Positions 57,971 to 64,000 of a stretch of 64,000 bases of DNA are shown here, in pieces. A program made the translations under genes and the position numbers. Under the pieces are notes generated by a model, which worked only from the letters and a program-made list of their open reading frames with translations, did not search any database and was not told where the DNA came from. The DNA is from Strigamia acuminata (Eukaryota), in NCBI GenBank assembly GCA_949358305.1, contig OX442314.1:31372001-31436000 (forward strand). The letters are read 5' to 3'. The stretch's first letter is position 1. Each line of letters opens with the position of its first letter.

Positions 57971-58838
57971 ATCTTATGAATCAATAAAATTATTAATAAA
58001 TACGAACGAAAACAATGATACAAATATACAATAGTAATAAATAAAACGTAAAATGCATGAATTCGAGAGAGAAAAATGGCGTGCAAAATGTCAATTTCGA
58101 ACATGAAGAAATATGAACTCAAATCAAACCACCGACTCACAATCCAAGCGTAATTCAGTTCTTTGGTTATCCATCGATGAAATTCTGCATAAATACGATG
58201 GTAAACGATTGAAAATTGTGAAGAAAAACGCACCGAAAATGCTTCTTATTCTTAGATACATGTTGCCACCAGAGCGGCGCTGCAACTCGGTGAGAGGAAA
58301 TTTTAAATTTTGATATTGATAAATGGCAAATTAGAATGCAAACGTAATGAATATTGGATGAATTTTAGTGCTAACCTTGAATTTTTAGCGAAATTAATTT
58401 TTTGAACCGAAAATTTAATTGTAGTCTTTTTAGTAGTACACTTGAGAACACTGTAGTATACTAAATTGGTAGAATTATTGATGAATTGTATTTAGTTCAA
58501 ATATTGTCACTAGTCGGCGCTATTATGCACTTATAGTTTCTATGGCAATTGCCGTTTGCTTTATTGTAAGCTTATTTTGATATATCGCACTTTTTCTTTC
58601 ATCCTCGATTAAATGCATGTTTATTACGTTTGAAAGGTTCCAAACTGTAAGCAGATTAAGGTAAAGACAGGAGAATAGATAAATCACATATTTTTGGGAT
58701 GTTATTGGATTTTTTTTTTCGGTTTATAAAGTTCTGCACAATCGTGCATCGAACGTTAGGCCTAACTCGTTTAACTGAATTCGAACCATTAGCACCCCGA
58801 CTGTCCCACATCGCGTTTTTTCGGTTCAGAGCAATGAG

Positions 58839-59971
58839 GTGAGAAGGAGATGTAACTCAATAACCACTTCCGCCACAATGCTCACCTTCTGTGAGATGAC
58901 GTCACTAAATCTCAAGCCGCCATTTTGCATACAACCTAGTAAACACTACTGTTACGGTGATAACAACTTTTATTGGTTATGTCGAATTTTATCGGTTTTA
59001 TGTCGATTTTTATTAGTTTTATGTCGATTGTTATTGGTTTTGTATCGATTTTTATTGGTTTTACCGATTTTTATTGGTTTTACCGATTTTTATTGGTGTT
59101 CTCAATTTTTATTGTTTTTTTTTTGTCGATTTTTATTTCTTTTAGTTGCTTTCAGTTGATTTTTTTCTTGATTTTAGTTGATTACTTATCGATTTTATTG
59201 ATTTTTAGTTGATTACTAACCGATTTTATTGATTTTTAGTTGATTTTTTATCAATTTTATTGATTTTTGATTGAATTTTTCTTGATTTTAATGATTTTAG
59301 TAATTAGATAATCAAGTAGAAATCAATAAAATCAATAGATAATCAAGTAGAAATCAATAAAATCGATAAGTAATCAACTAAAATCAATAAACAATCGACT
59401 CAACGCAACTAAAAGAAATAAAAATCAACAAAAAAAACAATATAAATTGATAAAACCCATAAAAATCGATACAAAACCAATAACAAGTGACATTAAACTA
59501 ATAAAAATCGATAAATTCAATAAACAATCGACTCAACGCAACTAAAAGAAAAAAAATCAACAAAAGAAAACAACATAAATTGATAAAACCCATAAAAATC
59601 GATACAAAACCAATAAAAAGTGACATTAAACTAATAAAAATCGATAAAATCAATAAACAATCGACTCAACGCAACTAAAAGAAATAAAAATCAACAAAAA
59701 AAACAATATAAATTGATAAAACCCATAAAAATCGATACAAAACCAATAAAAAGTGACATTAAACTAATAAAAATCGATAAAACCAATAAAAATTGATCCA
59801 AAACCAATAAAAATCGACTTAAAATCAATGAAAATCAGTTATTTAGTTACTAGGTTGTGTGCAAAATGACAGTCAAGTATCCCATCATGCAATGCACTTG
59901 TTGCGCATGCGCATACCAACTAGTCTGCGCAAGGAACCCGAGTTTTGTGTGGAGTTACATCTCCTTCTCAC
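58839..59971. mobile_element. Foldback-like element with AT-rich inverted internal arrays
   Basis: 20-bp inverted ends GTGAGAAGGAGATGTAACTC / GAGTTACATCTCCTTCTCAC; inner IR CAACCTAGTAA / TTACTAGGTTG; T-rich left arm mirrors A-rich right arm with ~120-bp tandem units. Confidence 0.7.
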
Positions 59972-62900
59972 TGTGATATTCTGTGAAATGACTGACATGC
60001 GCTCCATTCTAATGCTCGCTAGCAAGTGCTCTTTAATTCTCTAAACGGCCTTGTCATCGGCCTTGATCACTAACGCCATCTAGTGGCCTATTACAACACT
60101 ACATCCCTCCCCCCAATACAACTGTAATAAATTAGAATAAAAAGAATGTACAATATTAATTTACAATTCGAGCACAAAACATTATCACATCAAATACTAA
60201 ATTTCACAATAAAGTCACTATTTTCACCAAATTGTTCCTTCACCATTTCTTCTTATTTCTTCCCCGTTTCACCTTCGTTGGCACAAAGTCCCCGTACCGG
60301 GCAGGTGGCTTGCCCTGCGTCGTCCTCGACGATCGCCTCAGATTTATCGGTAATTCAGCGTGTTGTGGTGGTTCATCCTGGAGCACCGGCTCGACGTGGG
60401 GCATCCGCTCTCTTTGTAGACCCAGCTCCTCCTCCGGGATCGCCAACATTTCCGTTTGGAGCGCTGGAATCGGCTCCACCTGAGGTGCCACCTCCCTCCT
60501 CACCTCCTCCTGCGTCTCCCCTCTCTCTTCCTCTGCACAGTCCTCTCTCCGCTCCTCCTCAAATTCTCGACCCTCTTTCTCCCTCTCTTTACCCTGCAAC
60601 TTTTTGAAGAACGAGGAGTTCCGTACGATGTTCTGTGAGCCTCTGCACGCTCTAATCTGGGAACCCACAATCGAAACTATCTTAAATGGTACTGGGTCAT
60701 ACGGGGATATTAGTTTATTCGTTTTCCTTCTCTTAACCAAAACCAAATCTCCCACTGTCAGTCCATGCTCCTTAACTTGTCTCTTTTCGTCCGCCAGTCT
60801 TTTCATTTCGGTCTTTTTCTCTTCGTCCCTTTTTCTCACTAACTTATCCTCCTGTAATGCGAAAATTTGTGGCAACCTCGTCTTTATCGGTCGGCTGAAT
60901 AGCAGTTCTGCCGGCGGAACACCCGTTGTTGTGTGCGGCGTTGCCCTATAATTGAGTAAGAATTCACAAATTTCTTCGTGCCATTTCTTACCCTCCGTCA
61001 CGGCCGCCAGGATCGCCTTATTTAAAGTCCTCATAAAGCGTTCGGCTTCGCCGTTGGCCTCTGGCCATAGCGGCGTCACCCGCTGATGCCGTATTCCCAT
61101 GTCTTTCAAGAACTCGGCGAATTCGCCTGATGCAAATGGCGGGCCGTTATCTGATTTAATAACTTCTGGGATGCCCAGTTCAGAAAATCGCTTCTTCATC
61201 AAATTAATCACTCCCCGGGCTCCCGTCGACGCGACTCCATCGACGAATGGAAATCGAGAATATTCGTCGATTAATACACATAAGATCTTCCCATCTGGGA
61301 ATGGGCCCAGGAAATCTACGGCGAGTCGCTGCCACGGCCTATCTGGAAGCTCCGTCATAACCAATGGCGTCCTCGTTCGTATCGGCACACAAGCCTGGCA
61401 CGGCAGGCACCCCGCCACCGCTCGCTCGACTCGCGCATCTAACCCGGGAAACCATACTTTTTGTCGTAACAGCACCTTCGTTTTCACGATTCCCTGGTGC
61501 CCCCGGTGCGCCAGGGTTATCACTGCATCTCTTAGTTGTTCCGGGATAACAATCCGGTCTCCACGCAAAACGATTCCGTCCACCGAACTCGTTAATTCGT
61601 CCTGCAAAAGTCTAAAAGGTTTTAAACCCTCCTGTTTCCACAACCTGTCTCGTTCGCCTCCCGTGCACTGTAACGTCGTCCTTAACAACTGCAATTCCTT
61701 GTCCTCCGCCGTTGCCTTCGCGATCTGTTCCCGCGTCAACGAACTCGGCATGCGCGTTCTCACAACGAAATTGACGTAACGCTCGACCGCTCGTGTCATT
61801 GTTACACCGCATCCCTTCTCCGCACCCGAATGCCGCGACATATAGTCGCTTGGATTCGAAGCCCCTTTGGTGTATTTAACTTCAAACACGTACTGTTGTA
61901 TGCGCAAGCAGAGACGTTCTATTCTCGCGGACGGTCGCGACTTCCGATTCCCAAAGATGCTAATGAGAGGCTTATGATCTGTAAAAAGCACAAAAGTTAT
62001 TCCGTATAAATATAAATAGAAATGTTCGATGGCCCACACGGCCGCTAAAGTCTCTCGTTCGATTTGAGAATATCTTTTCTCCACTTCTGTTAATGTGCGA
62101 CTTGCGTAGGCCACGACCCGCGGTTCCATATCTGCCCCCTTAATCTGGGCTAAAATCGCTCCCAGCCCGTTCGGGCCCGCATCGACCGTCAGATGGATCC
62201 TGGCCGTTGGGTCGTAGTATGCCAATACACTCTTATTTCCTAATTGTCCTTTAATTGCCGCCCACGCCGTCTGTTGATCTTTTCCCCAAACAAACGCTGC
62301 GTTGGCCTTCTTTGCCAAGTCTCGCAATGGCTTCAACATATCAGCCATGTTTCTGACAAATCGCGCACAGTAGATGACCATTCCTAACAGGCTTTTCACC
62401 TCAGCAACTGACTTCGGGGGTTCCATTCTCTCTACCGCCTCCACCTTACGCGGGTCTATAGAGATACCCCTCGCTGAAAATACGTGGCCGAAGAAAACAA
62501 TTCTATCGCGGCGCAGTTCACACTTTTCTTCGTTTAGCGTTAAGCCCTTCTCCTCCAATCGTCTCAACACTGCGTGCATCGCTGCGTCATGTGCCTCCCC
62601 TGTCTTTCCTACAACGAAAATGTCATCTACAATATTTATGCAATTAGGCAAACCTTCGATCACTTGTCGAATCGTGTCCTGGAACAGTTCTGACGCTGAA
62701 TTGATGCCAAACAGCAGCCGTTTGAACCGAAATAGTCCTACATGAGTTGCAAACACTGTGTATTTGCGCGACTCCCCGTCAAGTTCCACTTGGTTAAAAC
62801 CGTGGTTCAAGTCCAATTTTGAAAATAGCACTGCTCCTTCCGCTACTGCAATCACATCCTCCAGTCTTGGTGACGTATGTCTCACCTGTTTGATGGCTCT

Positions 62901-64000
62901 AATAACCTCCCGCGCATCCACACACAGGCGAATGGCGTCGGGGTCGGGGTCCCTTGGCTTATCCACACAATGGATCGGCGACACCCATGGCGTCGGGCCC
63001 ATCCCCTCATCAATTCGCTCAATCACGTCCATTTGTAACAATCTTTCCAACTCCTTCTCCACCTTTTTCCTTAAATGGAACGGAATAGGGGGATATCTCT
63101 GCGCCACCGGCGCCACGCTCTCATCCACGTGCAGATGTATCTGATAGTCCTTCAGCTTACCTACGCCCCGAAAGAGCTTCGGATATTGCTTCTTAATCTC
63201 CTCTTCTAGCGTCGTTTGTTGGACACTATTCACTACTTTCACTATCTCTAATCTCTTAGCTGTTTCATAATTTAATAACGAGTCCCCCGGGCGGTCAACA
63301 ACATAAGCCGTCGTCGTAACACTTTTCCCTTCCCATCGTAATACCAACTCCACTCGCCCCAACAACGGCAGGGGCTCCGACGACCCATATGTGAACAATT
63401 TGGCCCGACTCACTTGTAATGTCGGTTTAAATGTCATATTCGTGAAAATCTCTCTCCCCAAAATGTTTACCGACGTCCCCGAATCGACGATAAACTTCAC
63501 CTTGTTACTTTCCTTTCCCACCGTCAACCGCACTTCGGGCATGTTATTCTTCCTCGTGTTTCCATCCATACATAGTCCAATCGTGAATAAATCCCCTTCA
63601 TCATCATCCCATTCTCTCTCTCGTTCATAATTCACCATATTCACCTTCTGCTTGCCCTCCGCCGACTCCGTTCGTTTCGCACGACAAAACCGCACGAAAT
63701 GCCCAGTTTTCCCGCATCCTCTACACGCGACGCCCCTCGCCGGGCAGTCCTGTGTGCTCGGGTGTGGCCAACTTCTTCCGCAATTAAAGCAACGTCTTCC
63801 TGCCGTTCCCACCGATCCACTTCGAGACCCGCCCGTCGTAAATTCGCTCCGCCGATTCTCCATACCACTATTTGTCCTTTTGCGGGTATCTTCCATTTTA
63901 CGCACTAAATTTACCTCGACTGGTGTCTCTTTATCACCTCCCTCCATTTGCCTTGCTTGCCATTCCGAGGCTTCGTAGCCACGGCCCAAATCCAAAAGCT
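59972..64000 (-). mobile_element. Ty3/Gypsy LTR retrotransposon, 3' part (runs off the window)
   Basis: PPT (minus-strand GGGGGGAGGGA) at 60104-60114 next to TGTAGTGTTG; short 3' LTR about 59972-60103 (left edge inferred). Confidence 0.85.
60240..63995 (-). CDS. Gypsy gag-pol polyprotein, 5' end outside the window
   Basis: CFNCG/CRGCGKTGHF knuckles, IVDSGTS protease, RLCVD and IVDD RT, TDHKPL RNase H, HRGHQG/VDFLGP/SDNGPPF/NGEAER integrase. Confidence 0.94.
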   Translation of the reverse strand: MDLGRGYEASEWQARQMEGGDKETPVEVNLVRKMEDTRKRTNSGMENRRSEFTTGGSRSGSVGTAGRRCFNCGRSWPHPSTQDCPARGVACRGCGKTGHFVRFCRAKRTESAEGKQKVNMVNYEREREWDDDEGDLFTIGLCMDGNTRKNNMPEVRLTVGKESNKVKFIVDSGTSVNILGREIFTNMTFKPTLQVSRAKLFTYGSSEPLPLLGRVELVLRWEGKSVTTTAYVVDRPGDSLLNYETAKRLEIVKVVNSVQQTTLEEEIKKQYPKLFRGVGKLKDYQIHLHVDESVAPVAQRYPPIPFHLRKKVEKELERLLQMDVIERIDEGMGPTPWVSPIHCVDKPRDPDPDAIRLCVDAREVIRAIKQVRHTSPRLEDVIAVAEGAVLFSKLDLNHGFNQVELDGESRKYTVFATHVGLFRFKRLLFGINSASELFQDTIRQVIEGLPNCINIVDDIFVVGKTGEAHDAAMHAVLRRLEEKGLTLNEEKCELRRDRIVFFGHVFSARGISIDPRKVEAVERMEPPKSVAEVKSLLGMVIYCARFVRNMADMLKPLRDLAKKANAAFVWGKDQQTAWAAIKGQLGNKSVLAYYDPTARIHLTVDAGPNGLGAILAQIKGADMEPRVVAYASRTLTEVEKRYSQIERETLAAVWAIEHFYLYLYGITFVLFTDHKPLISIFGNRKSRPSARIERLCLRIQQYVFEVKYTKGASNPSDYMSRHSGAEKGCGVTMTRAVERYVNFVVRTRMPSSLTREQIAKATAEDKELQLLRTTLQCTGGERDRLWKQEGLKPFRLLQDELTSSVDGIVLRGDRIVIPEQLRDAVITLAHRGHQGIVKTKVLLRQKVWFPGLDARVERAVAGCLPCQACVPIRTRTPLVMTELPDRPWQRLAVDFLGPFPDGKILCVLIDEYSRFPFVDGVASTGARGVINLMKKRFSELGIPEVIKSDNGPPFASGEFAEFLKDMGIRHQRVTPLWPEANGEAERFMRTLNKAILAAVTEGKKWHEEICEFLLNYRATPHTTTGVPPAELLFSRPIKTRLPQIFALQEDKLVRKRDEEKKTEMKRLADEKRQVKEHGLTVGDLVLVKRRKTNKLISPYDPVPFKIVSIVGSQIRACRGSQNIVRNSSFFKKLQGKEREKEGREFEEERREDCAEEERGETQEEVRREVAPQVEPIPALQTEMLAIPEEELGLQRERMPHVEPVLQDEPPQHAELPINLRRSSRTTQGKPPARYGDFVPTKVKRGRNKKKW

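Overview
Repeat-dense animal (probably invertebrate) genomic DNA made almost entirely of nested mobile elements. The centrepiece is a complete Maverick/Polinton (13519-45256) with ~389-bp TIRs and a 6-bp TSD (GACATA). It encodes pPolB, integrase-chromodomain, packaging ATPase, major and minor capsid proteins, an adenain-like protease and two PC4-domain proteins. It also carries an accessory cassette of ALKBH2-like dioxygenase, DEDD-like nuclease and single-BIR IAP, whose upstream region holds a perfect p53-family response element. The Polinton sits inside the TIR of a decayed Tc3-like transposon and is itself interrupted by a 14-kb Ty3/Gypsy element and two copies of a 1.2-kb Tc1/mariner-type MITE. 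The Gypsy has 1.75-kb LTRs, a -1 frameshift gag-pol, an extra ORF3 and a second perfect p53 site. Also present: an intact Bel/Pao element, a second Gypsy running off the right edge, hAT and LINE remnants, several MITE/foldback elements, a frameshifted RNF8-like gene with a long acidic repeat tail, and an intronless TFIIB pseudogene. All calls come from motif recognition by eye; no searches were run.
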